Under the pieces are notes generated by a model, which searched no databases, was not told where the DNA came from, and saw nothing but the letters and a program-made list of their open reading frames with translations. The position numbers and the translations under genes are program-made. A stretch of 64,000 nucleotides of DNA from Candidatus Omnitrophota bacterium (GTDB lineage Bacteria > Omnitrophota > Gorgyraeia > Gygaellales > JAHJCI01): NCBI GenBank assembly GCA_016783355.1, contig JADHWR010000001.1, positions 6,072 to 70,071 on the forward strand, in the 5' to 3' direction. Below, piece after piece: positions 22,716 to 32,171 of this stretch. Each line of letters starts with the position of its first letter. The first letter of the stretch is position 1.

Positions 22716-23529
22716 TTTGTGCCACGATTACCCTGTCTATCCCCTGATAATCCTTAACCACATCTATTATCTTAAACTTCTTTGACTTCTTTATCAATTC
22801 TTTTATCGGCTCGCATTGGCCAAATCCCATTTCCATTATTAAAAAACCATGCTTTTTTAAATAACAACCTGCCTGCGCAATTATGCGAGGATAGAATTCT
22901 AATCCATCTCTGCCACCGTCTAAGGCAACCCTTGGCTCGCAGCACACCTCTGACGATAATGCTTCTATCTCAGCAGTAGGAACATAGGGAGGATTGCTTA
23001 CAATCAAAGTGAAAGGTGAAAAGTGAAAGGTGAAAAGTGAAAATAAATCCCCTTGAATAAATTTAACATTATCGAGGTTATTTAGTCTTGCATTATCCTC
23101 TGCTATTTCTAATGCTTCACCTGAGATATCTATACCGATTACTGCACAATGAGGTAAGAATTTTGCCAAAGATATGGCAATATTTCCGCTGCCTGTTCCC
23201 AAATCTAATACCCTTAACCTTTTACCTTTTACCTTTTCCCGCCTCTTCCCGCCTCTGGCGGGAAACCCTTTACCTATATTTAACGCTGTTTCTACCAAAA
23301 TCTCTGTTTCGGGCCGCGGTATAAAAACATCAGGGGTCAATCGTAATTTTGAATCCATAAATTCTATTTGACCTAAGATATAGTGAATCGGTCTTCCCTT
23401 GCATCTTTGCCTCAAAACACTGGCAATAAACCGACCTTGCTCCCGGCTAATCTTTTTTTGACGATTAAGATAAACCTCGGTTCGGTTATAATTCAAAAGG
23501 TCTGTAAATAATAGCTCTGCTTCATTCAT
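22708..23529 (-). CDS. prmC: release-factor glutamine methyltransferase PrmC/HemK, with repeat-derived inserts
   Basis: Has VLDLGTGSG, the NPPY motif (IVSNPPYV) and the FIPRPETE motif. It contains in-frame heptamer arrays and a GC-rich insert. Confidence 0.9.
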   Translation of the reverse strand: MNEAELLFTDLLNYNRTEVYLNRQKKISREQGRFIASVLRQRCKGRPIHYILGQIEFMDSKLRLTPDVFIPRPETEILVETALNIGKGFPARGGKRREKVKGKRLRVLDLGTGSGNIAISLAKFLPHCAVIGIDISGEALEIAEDNARLNNLDNVKFIQGDLFSLFTFHFSPFTLIVSNPPYVPTAEIEALSSEVCCEPRVALDGGRDGLEFYPRIIAQAGCYLKKHGFLIMEMGFGQCEPIKELIKKSKKFKIIDVVKDYQGIDRVIVAQNG

Positions 23530-24575
23530 CCTTCGATTCCTTTCAGTAAGGCATCGGAAATCCTATCCAAATCTCCATCCAGGATTGCTTCTAATTTATG
23601 GAGGGTTAAACCAATGCGATGGTCTGTCACGCGCTGACCAGGAAAATTATATGTGCGAATCTTCTCACTGCGTTCACCACTGCCCACCTGAGTTTTTCTT
23701 TCGGAAGAACGCAAACGTGCAGTCTTCTCTTTCTCTTTCTGGAGGAGCCTCGCTCTTAATACCCTTAAGGCCTTATTTTTGTTTTTTAACTGCGAGCGTT
23801 CATCCTGGCAAGTAACAACAATGCCTGAAAACAGGTGAGTAATCCTTACTGCTGAGTCGGTAGTATTTACGCTCTGACCGCCATGACCCCTGGAGCGGAA
23901 AACATCAATCTTTAAATCATCAGGTTTAATCTCTAATTCTATCTCCTTGGGCTCTTCCAAAACAACAACTGTTGCCGTAGAGGTGTGAATACGGCCGCCT
24001 GTTTCTGTCTGAGGGATGCGCTGAACACGATGAACACCACTTTCCCATTTAAGCCGATCATAGACTCCCCTCCCACGCACAGAAAATATAATCTCTTTAA
24101 ACCCTCCTAATTCTGTAGGATGAGATGAAAGTATCTCCACCGCCCAGCTTTTCTTGAGTGCATATTTCGTATACATTCGGTATAGATCTGCGCTAAACAG
24201 CCCTGCTTCATCGCCTCCTGTTCCTGCACGTATCTCTATAATAATATTTTTCTCTATCTTCTCTTTCTCTTTCTCCTGCAGCGAATCATTGAGTTTAGAT
24301 AAGCAATGCTGGTTTTTTTTCTCTAAATCTTCGATCTCGGAATTTATCAAAGAAAGAAACTCAGGTTCATGTTTCTCCCGAAGAAGATTAATAAGCTTTG
24401 AAATCTCTTTTTTTCTTTTTTTATATTCCCGAAAAAGATACACTATGGGAGAAAGAAGACTTAACTCTTTTGCATAAAGATTGTAGCTTTGGCGATCCGC
24501 AATCACCTCATGGCTACTCATTAATTGCTCTAATTCTTCGTAGCGCTTTTCTATCTCCTCAAATTTTTTATTCAT
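23526..24575 (-). CDS. prfA: peptide chain release factor 1
   Basis: 349 aa. Has the GGQ motif ([21 protein letters not shown]) and a PxT-type tripeptide region (RIPQTE). Confidence 0.94.
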   Translation of the reverse strand: MNKKFEEIEKRYEELEQLMSSHEVIADRQSYNLYAKELSLLSPIVYLFREYKKRKKEISKLINLLREKHEPEFLSLINSEIEDLEKKNQHCLSKLNDSLQEKEKEKIEKNIIIEIRAGTGGDEAGLFSADLYRMYTKYALKKSWAVEILSSHPTELGGFKEIIFSVRGRGVYDRLKWESGVHRVQRIPQTETGGRIHTSTATVVVLEEPKEIELEIKPDDLKIDVFRSRGHGGQSVNTTDSAVRITHLFSGIVVTCQDERSQLKNKNKALRVLRARLLQKEKEKTARLRSSERKTQVGSGERSEKIRTYNFPGQRVTDHRIGLTLHKLEAILDGDLDRISDALLKGIEG

Positions 24576-24777
24576 TTACTTTCTTTTTATATTTCTTCAT
24601 AAATTTCTCGACCCTCCCTGCAGAATCAAGAAATTTCTGCTTACCTGTAAAAAACGGATGACAGGCAGAACAAACCTCCACATGAATACTTGGTTTTGTC
24701 GAACGGGTATGTATGGTATTACCGCAAGAACAAACAATTGTACAATCTTGATATTTTGGATGAATCTTGTCTTTCAT
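24568..24777 (-). CDS. rpmE: 50S ribosomal protein L31
   Basis: 69 aa. Has MK..IHP.Y...I.CSCG and [14 protein letters not shown]. Confidence 0.93.
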   Translation of the reverse strand: MKDKIHPKYQDCTIVCSCGNTIHTRSTKPSIHVEVCSACHPFFTGKQKFLDSAGRVEKFMKKYKKKVNE

Positions 24778-24819
24778 AATTCCCCCTTTCGTATAATCTG
24801 TCTATTAGCCTTGCTAAAT

Positions 24820-24945
24820 TCCAATATACAAACCACAAATTACAAACAATATACAATTCCGAATACCAAAATTACAAACAGAACCTGAAGTCTTGGTCAT
24901 TGTGATTTTGGATTTGTGATTTGTTTGTGATTTGGAATTTGTAAT
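24820..24945. repeat. Long imperfect low-complexity inverted repeat (CA-rich arm / GT-rich arm) in the rho-rpmE spacer
   Basis: ccaaaattacaaacagaacc...ggtcattgtgattttgg forms the apex. The flanking arms are acaaaccacaaattacaaaca / tgtttgtgatttggaatttgt. Confidence 0.6.
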
Positions 24946-24965
24946 TTCATCTTTCACCTTTCACC

Positions 24966-26267
24966 TTATTGGTTCATTGTATTTAAAAACTCCTTATTGT
25001 TCTTTGTCTTGGATAACTTCTCAATCAGTAACCCCATTGCCTCTACATTGTTTAACTCATTAAGGACCTTTCTTAAAATCCAAATCTTTTGTAACTGTTC
25101 GCCAGGAACAAGAAGCTCTTCATGGCGCGTATTGGACCTTTTAATATCGATTGCTGGATATATCCTTCTTTGAAATAAGCTTCTGTCTAATTGTAGCTCC
25201 ATATTGCCTGTTCCTTTAAACTCTTCGAATATTACCTCATCCATACGGCTGCCTGTATCTACTAAAGCAGTAGCAATTATTGTCAGACTCCCTCCTTCTT
25301 CCACTGTGCGTGCAGCTCCAAAAAAATGCTTGGGTTTCTGAAGAGCATTGGAATCTATACCGCCGGAAAGAACCCTGCCGCTGTGTGGAACAACTGCATT
25401 ATAAGCACGCGCAAGACGCGTGATACTGTCCAATAATATTACTACATCCTTTTTATGTTCGACCAATCTTTTGGCCTTTTCCAAAACCATCTCCGCTACC
25501 TGAACATGCCTCTCTGGCGGTTCATCAAAGGTAGATGAGATTACTTCACCTTTAATATTGCGCTCCATATCTGTAACCTCCTCGGGTCTTTCGTCGATTA
25601 AAAGAACGATTAAAATTGTCTCCGGATAATTACAAACGATTGCATTGCCAATCTTCTGCAATATAACTGTCTTGCCGCTGTAGGGAGGAGCAACAATCAA
25701 AGCCCGCTGTCCCCTACCAATAGGCGTAAGTAAATCCATAATACGAGTAGAAGCATCCTGGGGAGAATTTTCTAAAACAAAACGTTCATAGGGATATACC
25801 GGAGTAAGATTATCAAACAACACCCTATCTCTTGCTTCTTCAGGATGTCCGAAGTTAACAACTTCAATTTTAAGAAGGGCAAAGTATTTCTCTCCTTCTT
25901 TTGGTGGCCGGATTTGCCCGCTTACTGTATCGCCGGTTTTTAAATCGAATTTTCTGATTTGTGAAGGAGAGATATAAACATCATCCGGGCAAGGTAGATA
26001 ATTATAATTTGGAGAACGTAAAAAACCAAAGCCTTCTGGTAAAATCTCTAAAACCCCCTCCCCAAACATTAAGCCTTCCTTTTCTGCCTGTGCCTGGAGA
26101 ATTTTAAAAATAAGGTCTTGTTTTTTCAAGCCGCTTAATCCATTAACCTTAAGCTCCTTAGCAAGCTTGAGAAGCTGAGTAATCTTTAACTCCTGTAAAT
26201 GCTTGATATCTAATTTTTCTATCCTTTTATTTATGGCTTGTGTCTTTTCCATTTCTCCCCTCCTCAT
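24966..26267 (-). CDS. rho: transcription termination factor Rho
   Basis: 433 aa. Has an RNA-binding N-domain (GFGFLR), Walker A (APPYSGKT) and the [10 protein letters not shown] motif. Confidence 0.95.
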   Translation of the reverse strand: MRRGEMEKTQAINKRIEKLDIKHLQELKITQLLKLAKELKVNGLSGLKKQDLIFKILQAQAEKEGLMFGEGVLEILPEGFGFLRSPNYNYLPCPDDVYISPSQIRKFDLKTGDTVSGQIRPPKEGEKYFALLKIEVVNFGHPEEARDRVLFDNLTPVYPYERFVLENSPQDASTRIMDLLTPIGRGQRALIVAPPYSGKTVILQKIGNAIVCNYPETILIVLLIDERPEEVTDMERNIKGEVISSTFDEPPERHVQVAEMVLEKAKRLVEHKKDVVILLDSITRLARAYNAVVPHSGRVLSGGIDSNALQKPKHFFGAARTVEEGGSLTIIATALVDTGSRMDEVIFEEFKGTGNMELQLDRSLFQRRIYPAIDIKRSNTRHEELLVPGEQLQKIWILRKVLNELNNVEAMGLLIEKLSKTKNNKEFLNTMNQ

Positions 26268-26913
26268 TTAAAACATCCCAAATCATCTTAACCTGTTTTT
26301 TTGTCTCAGATTTCGTCCCACTATTATCAATAACAAAATCAGCTAAATTTAGCTTCTTTTTTAATGGCATCTGCAAATTTATGCGCTTTTTAATTTCCGA
26401 AAGGCAAAATCCCTTTTTTTTAAGGCGCAATTTTTGAATGTCTGACCTTGCCCTTACGGCAATTATCTTATCCACGATTCTCGCCAGTCCTGCTTCGATT
26501 AATAAGGGTGCATCAATTATAATAAACTTAAAATTTCGGGCCTGCTGAATCTGTATTTTAATTTCCTTAATTATTCCTGGATGCAGAATTTCGTTGAGCT
26601 TCTTTAGGGAATGCTTATTTCTGAAAGCACTCTTAGCTAACCTTTTTCGATTAATCTGTTGATTCCTGGAAAGTATCCTTTCCCCAAATGCCGCAAGAAC
26701 CCGCCTGTAAGCCCCGTTCGAAGTAAGGCGCCCAAGGCGACTGCCCCGCCAAATTCCGTGGCGGGGACTTCTAACGGGGTAAGCCTTTTTCTTGGGCTCG
26801 ATTAACTGATGCGCAATCCTATCTGCATCAATAATCTGAGCGCCTAATTGTTTAAAATAGTGCGCGCACGTCGTCTTCCCTGTGCCAAAACTGCCGGTAA
26901 TACCAACAATCAT
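26227..26913 (-). CDS. coaE: dephospho-CoA kinase, carrying a 24-codon element insertion
   Basis: [15 protein letters not shown] has the P-loop at the likely start (26913, an ATGA overlap with the glgA stop). The [11 protein letters not shown] and LHP-type motifs are present. Confidence 0.88.
   Translation of the reverse strand: MIVGITGSFGTGKTTCAHYFKQLGAQIIDADRIAHQLIEPKKKAYPVRSPRHGIWRGSRLGRLTSNGAYRRVLAAFGERILSRNQQINRKRLAKSAFRNKHSLKKLNEILHPGIIKEIKIQIQQARNFKFIIIDAPLLIEAGLARIVDKIIAVRARSDIQKLRLKKKGFCLSEIKKRINLQMPLKKKLNLADFVIDNSGTKSETKKQVKMIWDVLNEEGRNGKDTSHK
26712..26779. mobile_element. 68-bp TIR element in frame inside coaE, flanked by taag/taag
   Basis: The sequence reads taag|ccccgttcgaagt aaggcgcccaaggcgactg ccccgccaaattccgtggcgggg acttctaacgggg|taag. 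It encodes [23 protein letters not shown]. Confidence 0.85.
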
Positions 26914-28295
26914 TTTAAAAGGTGGTGGTAAAGCCCAATATAATTCCGGGCGGCAGTGGTCCAAGAAAAATTACAACCCATACCTCGCTTCATTAAAGAA
27001 AGCCGCCTGTTTTTATCTTTAAAAACTAAAAGCATCTCTTTGATCTTTGCCACGAGGGCCGATGGCGAATACTGATCAAAAATAAAACCATTCTTTTTAT
27101 CAATTGTATCAGTAAGGCCGCCTGTCTTAAAAACCAATGGAATTGTACCATATTTCAGGCTAATCATCTGCCCCAAGCCGCAGGGTTCGTATTTGGAAGG
27201 CATCAGGAATATGTCGCAGCCAGCATATATCTTATGAGCTAATACGTTGTCGAACTTAAGAAAGGTGCGTAACTTTTTAGGAAACTTTCTGGCTAATCTT
27301 TCTAAAATTCGGTGATAATTCAGCTCTCCTGTTCCCAGAATAACCAATTGAAGCGGAAGTGAACATATCTCCTCCATTGCCTCACTTAAGATATCAAAGC
27401 CCTTCTGCTGAGTGAGTCGAGAGACAATACCCAAAAGAGGAATATCGGACCTTGAAGGCAGCTTTGATAATTTGCATAGGGCCTCCTTATTTTTAACTTT
27501 GCCTTCAATATTGTCTTTGTCATAATTCTTGAGAATAAATTTATCGGTCTTTGGATTCCAAAGCTGATAATCTAAACCATTCAATATACCAAATAGATTA
27601 TCTCGCCGCCTGATCAAGACCCCTTCCAAGCCACAACCAAACTCCTTCGTTTGTATTTCTTTGGCATAAGTAGGACTTACTGTATTTATAGCGTCAGAAA
27701 AAACAATCCCGGCCTTTAATAGATTGACCTTACCGTAAAACTCCAATGCCTCCATATTAAAAAGCGACCAATCTAAGCCTAATTTAGGAAATTCCTCTTT
27801 ATTAAATAGTCCCTGATAGGCAAGATTATGAATTGTCAATAGTGTCTTTATTCCTTTATAAAATTCATCACCTTGAGCGGTTGTTTTTAAATATACGGGA
27901 ACAAGCGAACTCTGCCAGTCATGACAATGAAGTATCTGAGGCCTGAATTCTATTTCTTTTAAAAGTTTTAATGCCTCTCGGCAAAAATAAGAGAATCGGT
28001 TGAGATTATCGGGAAAGTCACCTTCTTTTTCTCCGTAGAGTCCTGGGCGATTAAAAAACTCTTCTTTCTTAATAAAATAAACCTTAATCTTTTTTCCTAT
28101 GGTTGTTGTAGAAATTTTCGAATTTAAGTCCTCAATTTTAAATCCTGCTGCCTTTGTCTTTTTGTAAAAGGGCATAATCACGATAATCTCATGTTTTAAT
28201 CTCTCCAAAGGCAAAGGCAGAGCCCCGACTACATCAGCAAGACCGCCGGTCTTGGCAAAAGGCACAACCTCTGATGCAAACATTGCGATTCTCAC
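26910..28295 (-). CDS. glgA: glycogen/starch synthase (ADP-glucose type)
   Basis: 461 aa. MRIAMFASEVVPFAKTGGLADVVGALP is the canonical GlgA N-terminus (KTGGL). Confidence 0.93.
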   Translation of the reverse strand: MRIAMFASEVVPFAKTGGLADVVGALPLPLERLKHEIIVIMPFYKKTKAAGFKIEDLNSKISTTTIGKKIKVYFIKKEEFFNRPGLYGEKEGDFPDNLNRFSYFCREALKLLKEIEFRPQILHCHDWQSSLVPVYLKTTAQGDEFYKGIKTLLTIHNLAYQGLFNKEEFPKLGLDWSLFNMEALEFYGKVNLLKAGIVFSDAINTVSPTYAKEIQTKEFGCGLEGVLIRRRDNLFGILNGLDYQLWNPKTDKFILKNYDKDNIEGKVKNKEALCKLSKLPSRSDIPLLGIVSRLTQQKGFDILSEAMEEICSLPLQLVILGTGELNYHRILERLARKFPKKLRTFLKFDNVLAHKIYAGCDIFLMPSKYEPCGLGQMISLKYGTIPLVFKTGGLTDTIDKKNGFIFDQYSPSALVAKIKEMLLVFKDKNRRLSLMKRGMGCNFSWTTAARNYIGLYHHLLK

Positions 28296-30964
28296 TTAAT
28301 CTCCTCCATCTCTAACCAATTCTTACCCTTCTTTATTACTACCTTTATGGGAACAGAAAGGGCTAAGGCATTCTCCATCTCATAAGATATCATCTCAATT
28401 GCCCTCTGCAATTGCCCGTTCGGTATCTCAAAAATAAGTTCATCGTGAATTTGCAGGAGGAGCTTCGCCGAAAGCGTTCTTTCCTCAATCTTCTGATATA
28501 TCTTAATCATCGCCATCTTAATTAAATCTGCTGCCGAGCCTTGGATGGATGAATTTACTGCCTGCCTTTCGGCAAATGCACGAACTGCGGCATTCTGATG
28601 ATTAATGTCAGGGAGATAGCGATGGCGACCTAAAATAGTTGTTACAAAATTGTCTTTTTTTGCCTTTTCAATCTGCCTGGCGATATAATCTTTTACTCTG
28701 GGATACCTTAAAAAATAGGCATCAATAAAGCGAGTTGCCTCCTCCCTTGAAATTCCTAATTCCCTTGCTAAACCAAAGGAAGATAGACCATAAATAATTC
28801 CAAAATTTATGCGCTTTGCTACTTCTCGCATCTGATCATTGACAATAGAATCCTCTGTGCCATAAACTAAAGAGGCAGTGGCACGATGTATGTCTTTGCC
28901 TTGCGAAAAAGCATCAATCAGCACCTTCTCGCCTGATAAATGTGCCAGAACCCTTAATTCTACCTGAGAATAATCAAAAGAGACCAAAAAATTATCCTCG
29001 CAACTCGTGATGAAAGCCTTTCGTATCTTGCGCCCTAACTCTGTCTTAATCGGTAGATTTTGCAAATTAGGATTAGAGGAGCTCAGTCTTCCCGTCTGTG
29101 TTCCTGTTTGATTGAAGAATGTATGAATGCGCAGGGTTTTTTTATCTGCCAGTTCCATTAAGGCATCGATATAAGTAGATTTTATTTTACAAAGCATACG
29201 ATATTCCAATAAAATTTTTGGTAAGGGATGCTGGCTTGCTAAGACAGCAAGAACCTCCTCATCGGTAGAGGCGCCTGTCTTTTTCTTTTTTATCACCGGC
29301 AGTTTTAATTTCTCAAAAAGAACCTGACGTAGCTGTAAGGGTGAGTTGATATTAAACGGCCCACCAGCAAGATGATAAATTTTACTGACCAGGCCTTTGC
29401 GCTTTTCTTCAATTTCAATGCCCAAGGCTTTAAGAAACTCTAAATCAAGCTTTATACCCTCTAATTCCATCTGCGCTAAAACAGGAATCAAGCGAATCTC
29501 TAAGTCGCAAAAGATGCGAAAGCTATCTTTAAGCTTTAGTTCTTTCTCTAAAACCGACTTAAGTGTTCCAATAACAACACAAACCTCAAGTGGACTTATC
29601 TTTCCTGCCCCGTTCGAAGTCCCCGCCGTAGGCGGGGCAGTCGCCCCGGGCGTCTTACTTCGAACGGGGCCTGCATCCAAAATTCTCTTCAGATAATCCC
29701 AGCACAGGCTCTCAAGACTATAATCAGACCGGGACGGATTCAAAAGATAAGCAGCAATCATCGTATCAAAACCTAACCCTTCTAGGGCGATATTATGCCG
29801 GGCTAATCGCAAAAAGATATCTTTTAGATTGTGGCCGATTTTCTTAATCTTTGGGTCTCTAAGGACAGGTTCAATGCTCTTTAAGGAGCCTTTCTCTAAT
29901 TCTAAAAAAGAATCACTCTCTGGAAGATAAACTGTCAACCCCTCCTCATTCATATAGAGAATCAACTCACCTGCCTGCCTAAACTGATCAATCCCGGCAA
30001 CCTGCCTGTTGGCACTTCGACGGAGTTTATCCCGAGCGAAGTCGAGGGACTCAGTGCTAGCACTCCGACTTCGCTCAGTGCCAACCCTGAGCTTGTCGAA
30101 GGGTTGCTCAGGTAAATCTTTAAGAAATTTTTTAAATTCTAACTCACGAAAGATTTCATAAAGATTTCTATAGTCAGGCTTCTTTATCTTTAAACTTTGC
30201 GCATCAAATTCTATATCTAAATCTGTCCTTAATTGTGCAAGATAATGACATAGTTTTATTTGCTCAATCTTTTCTTTCAAGCGAGAACGAAGCTTTTGTT
30301 CTTTTATCTGATCCAAATTCAATAAGAGATTTTCCAGAGACTTAAATTTATCCAGGAGCTTGGTGGCGGTCTTTTCTCCTATGCCAGGAACACCCGGGAT
30401 ATTATCAGCTGTATCTCCGGCAAGAGCAATAAAGTCAGCAATTCTGCCGGGTAAAAATCCGTATTGGCGCTTAACCCCTGCCACATCATAAATTATCTTT
30501 TTGTCTTTATGAGGATGCAGAACAATAACTCCCTCATCCACTAATTGCAAGATATCCTTATCAGCGCTGACAATCATTATTGTAAAATCCTTCTCTTTTG
30601 CCTTCCTGGTTAATGTCGCAATAACATCGTCTGCTTCAAAGCCCTCCTTCTCAAATATATTAATTCCAAAGGCCTTGATTATCTTTTTAATGTAAGGCAG
30701 TTGAGTCACTAAATCCGCAGGCATAGGAGGACGTTGTATCTTGTAACGCGCAAATTCTTTTTGGCGAAATGTGTGCCTTGAGACATCAAAACATACACCC
30801 ATATACTGCGGATTTATCTCTTTTAAAACCTTATTCAGAAAATTCACAAAGCCATAAATAGCATTGGTACAAAGACCGTAAGAGGTCGCAAGCCCCCTTA
30901 TGGCATAATAGGCGCGGTAACAGATGCCGTTGGCATCAATAAGTACTACTTGGGCTTTATCCAT
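28292..30964 (-). CDS. polA: DNA polymerase I, carrying two different in-frame repeat insertions
   Basis: 890 aa. Has a 5' nuclease domain (GIPGVPGIGEKTA), pol motif A (SFDYSQVELRVLAH), motif B (RR.AK..NFGIIYG) and motif C (QIHDELIFE). Confidence 0.95.
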   Translation of the reverse strand: MDKAQVVLIDANGICYRAYYAIRGLATSYGLCTNAIYGFVNFLNKVLKEINPQYMGVCFDVSRHTFRQKEFARYKIQRPPMPADLVTQLPYIKKIIKAFGINIFEKEGFEADDVIATLTRKAKEKDFTIMIVSADKDILQLVDEGVIVLHPHKDKKIIYDVAGVKRQYGFLPGRIADFIALAGDTADNIPGVPGIGEKTATKLLDKFKSLENLLLNLDQIKEQKLRSRLKEKIEQIKLCHYLAQLRTDLDIEFDAQSLKIKKPDYRNLYEIFRELEFKKFLKDLPEQPFDKLRVGTERSRSASTESLDFARDKLRRSANRQVAGIDQFRQAGELILYMNEEGLTVYLPESDSFLELEKGSLKSIEPVLRDPKIKKIGHNLKDIFLRLARHNIALEGLGFDTMIAAYLLNPSRSDYSLESLCWDYLKRILDAGPVRSKTPGATAPPTAGTSNGAGKISPLEVCVVIGTLKSVLEKELKLKDSFRIFCDLEIRLIPVLAQMELEGIKLDLEFLKALGIEIEEKRKGLVSKIYHLAGGPFNINSPLQLRQVLFEKLKLPVIKKKKTGASTDEEVLAVLASQHPLPKILLEYRMLCKIKSTYIDALMELADKKTLRIHTFFNQTGTQTGRLSSSNPNLQNLPIKTELGRKIRKAFITSCEDNFLVSFDYSQVELRVLAHLSGEKVLIDAFSQGKDIHRATASLVYGTEDSIVNDQMREVAKRINFGIIYGLSSFGLARELGISREEATRFIDAYFLRYPRVKDYIARQIEKAKKDNFVTTILGRHRYLPDINHQNAAVRAFAERQAVNSSIQGSAADLIKMAMIKIYQKIEERTLSAKLLLQIHDELIFEIPNGQLQRAIEMISYEMENALALSVPIKVVIKKGKNWLEMEEIK
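29608..29669. mobile_element. 62-bp TIR element in frame inside polA, flanked by cctg/cctg
   Basis: The sequence reads cctg|ccccgttcgaagt ccccgccgtaggcgggg cagtcgccccgggcgtctt acttcgaacgggg|cctg. It encodes PVRSKTPGATAPPTAGTSNGA. Confidence 0.85.
30011..30108. repeat. Palindromic 'FDKLRV'-type repeat inserted in frame in polA
   Basis: It contains gagcgaagtcg...agtgctagcact...cgacttcgctc and accctgagcttgtcgaaggg. The same words occur in the tandem arrays at 31007-31200. It encodes PFDKLRVGTERSRSASTESLDFARDKLRRS. Confidence 0.75.
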
Positions 30965-31006
30965 TTAGAAAATCAAGCATAAAATAAAAATAGGAATGGG
31001 TTGACA

Positions 31007-31071
31007 CCTCGACTTCGTCCCTCGACTTCGTCCCTCGACTTCGTCCCTCGACTTCGTCCCTCGACTTCGCT
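31007..31071. repeat. 13-bp tandem repeat x5 (cctcgacttcgtc)
   Basis: Four perfect copies plus one variant, read directly from the sequence. Confidence 0.9.
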
Positions 31072-31200
31072 CGGGACGACCCTGAGCTTGTCGAAGGGTC
31101 GCTCGGGACGACCCTGAGCTTGTCGAAGGGTCGCTCGGGACGACCCTGAGCTTGTTGTCGAAGGGTCGCTCAGTGTCAATCCTGAGCTTGTCGAACGGAT
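31072..31200. repeat. 32-bp tandem repeat x3 plus a partial copy (cgggacgaccctgagcttgtcgaagggtcgct); each unit has a GACCCT...AGGGTC hairpin
   Basis: Units lie at 31072, 31104 and 31136 (the third has a 3-bp tgt insertion). A partial copy follows as cctgagcttgtcgaacgg. Confidence 0.9.
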
Positions 31201-31207
31201 TGAATTA

Positions 31208-32152
31208 TTAGTTTTTAGGGGTTAATTCCGTGGCTATCTTTTCTAAAGTCTGCTTTGCAGTTACAATATCATCCTGCTCATAGAATCTGATCGCATCTTG
31301 AAACTTGGCCTGCATAATAGCGATGTGTTCTTGTTTTTGTTTTTCTTTAATCTCTTTATTTATTTTATCTATTAAGGTCAAAAATGAGTCTCTGTCTGAC
31401 GGGTCCAAAGAAATGGCTAACACCAGTGCATTTTTTGCTTCCTCTATTTTGTGCTCTTCATATAAATCATCAGCCAGTTCCTTAAGTTTTTGAATCTCTT
31501 TTAACTCTGTTAATCTGACTGCCTTTTTATGAATGGCGAGCTCACGCACTAAACTAAGCGTCTCTTCCTCTATCAACTCCTGCTGAAGAGAAGGCTGAGT
31601 CTCTGCGATGGCCTGGCGTCTGCGTTTCGCCCACTCCACCCAAGACTCACCGGGAATTCCCAATTCTATACGTTTTTTCCAATAATCAAAAGCCTTCTTT
31701 AGTTCTCTTTTTTGCTCATAAAGCATAGCTAAATTTGAATATAAATTATGATACTGGGGATTTAATTTTAGTCCAACTAAATAAATCTTCTCTGCCCTAT
31801 CAAGTAAACCCTTGGCCTCAAACATAATTCCTAAATCATTGTAAGCAATAACATAAGCAGGGTCTAACTCAATTGCCTTCTGATAACAGACTGTGGCACT
31901 ATCTAAATCACCGCGCTGCTGAAACTGCAAACCTTGACTTCGAAGAAGACGTGCCTCTTTTTGAAAAGTAGTTTGTTTCTGCGCAAAAAGTGAGGTTGGG
32001 AAACAGAATAAGTTAATTGTTATAAATAAATTAATTGCTACAAAAGAGATAATTCCCTTTGTAAACCCCGTTCGAAATTCCTCCAATCTTTGCTTAAGGC
32101 TTAATGATACATAAGTAGCCGAGGCTTTTGAATCTATCTTAAATCTATGCAT
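31208..32152 (-). CDS. TPR-repeat protein with signal-peptide-like N-terminus; current start codon lies inside a TIR element
   Basis: TPR-like repeats (A...Y.KAIELDP..., NLG..FE..G....A...Y...L.L.P). The hydrophobic segment IISFVAINLFITINLFCFPTSLFA follows. Confidence 0.75.
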   Translation of the reverse strand: MHRFKIDSKASATYVSLSLKQRLEEFRTGFTKGIISFVAINLFITINLFCFPTSLFAQKQTTFQKEARLLRSQGLQFQQRGDLDSATVCYQKAIELDPAYVIAYNDLGIMFEAKGLLDRAEKIYLVGLKLNPQYHNLYSNLAMLYEQKRELKKAFDYWKKRIELGIPGESWVEWAKRRRQAIAETQPSLQQELIEEETLSLVRELAIHKKAVRLTELKEIQKLKELADDLYEEHKIEEAKNALVLAISLDPSDRDSFLTLIDKINKEIKEKQKQEHIAIMQAKFQDAIRFYEQDDIVTAKQTLEKIATELTPKN

Positions 32153-32171
32153 ATCTAAATTTCGAACGGGG
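32066..32171. mobile_element. 106-bp TIR element (no ORF of its own) inserted in the 5' end of the TPR gene, flanked by taaa/taaa
   Basis: The sequence reads taaa|ccccgttcgaaat...80 bp...atttcgaacgggg|taaa. It supplies the ATG (32152) and the first 29 codons of the present TPR ORF. Confidence 0.85.

Noticed and set aside
23950-24010. RF1 tripeptide motif reads PQT instead of the commoner PAT/PVT
   Set aside because: The middle position of PxT is variable, and the GGQ and surrounding motifs are normal. This is not enough to suggest altered stop-codon recognition.
30973-31179. 68-aa minus-strand ORF (..RQAQGRPERPFDKLRVVPSEVEGRSRG..)
   Set aside because: It is a direct translation of the 13-bp and 32-bp tandem repeat arrays. 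Nothing other than repeat periodicity supports it.
31007-31200. Possible CRISPR array (also considered for 46638-46797)
   Set aside because: The repeats are directly abutting tandem copies with no unique spacers between them. No cas genes are present and the unit sizes are atypical.
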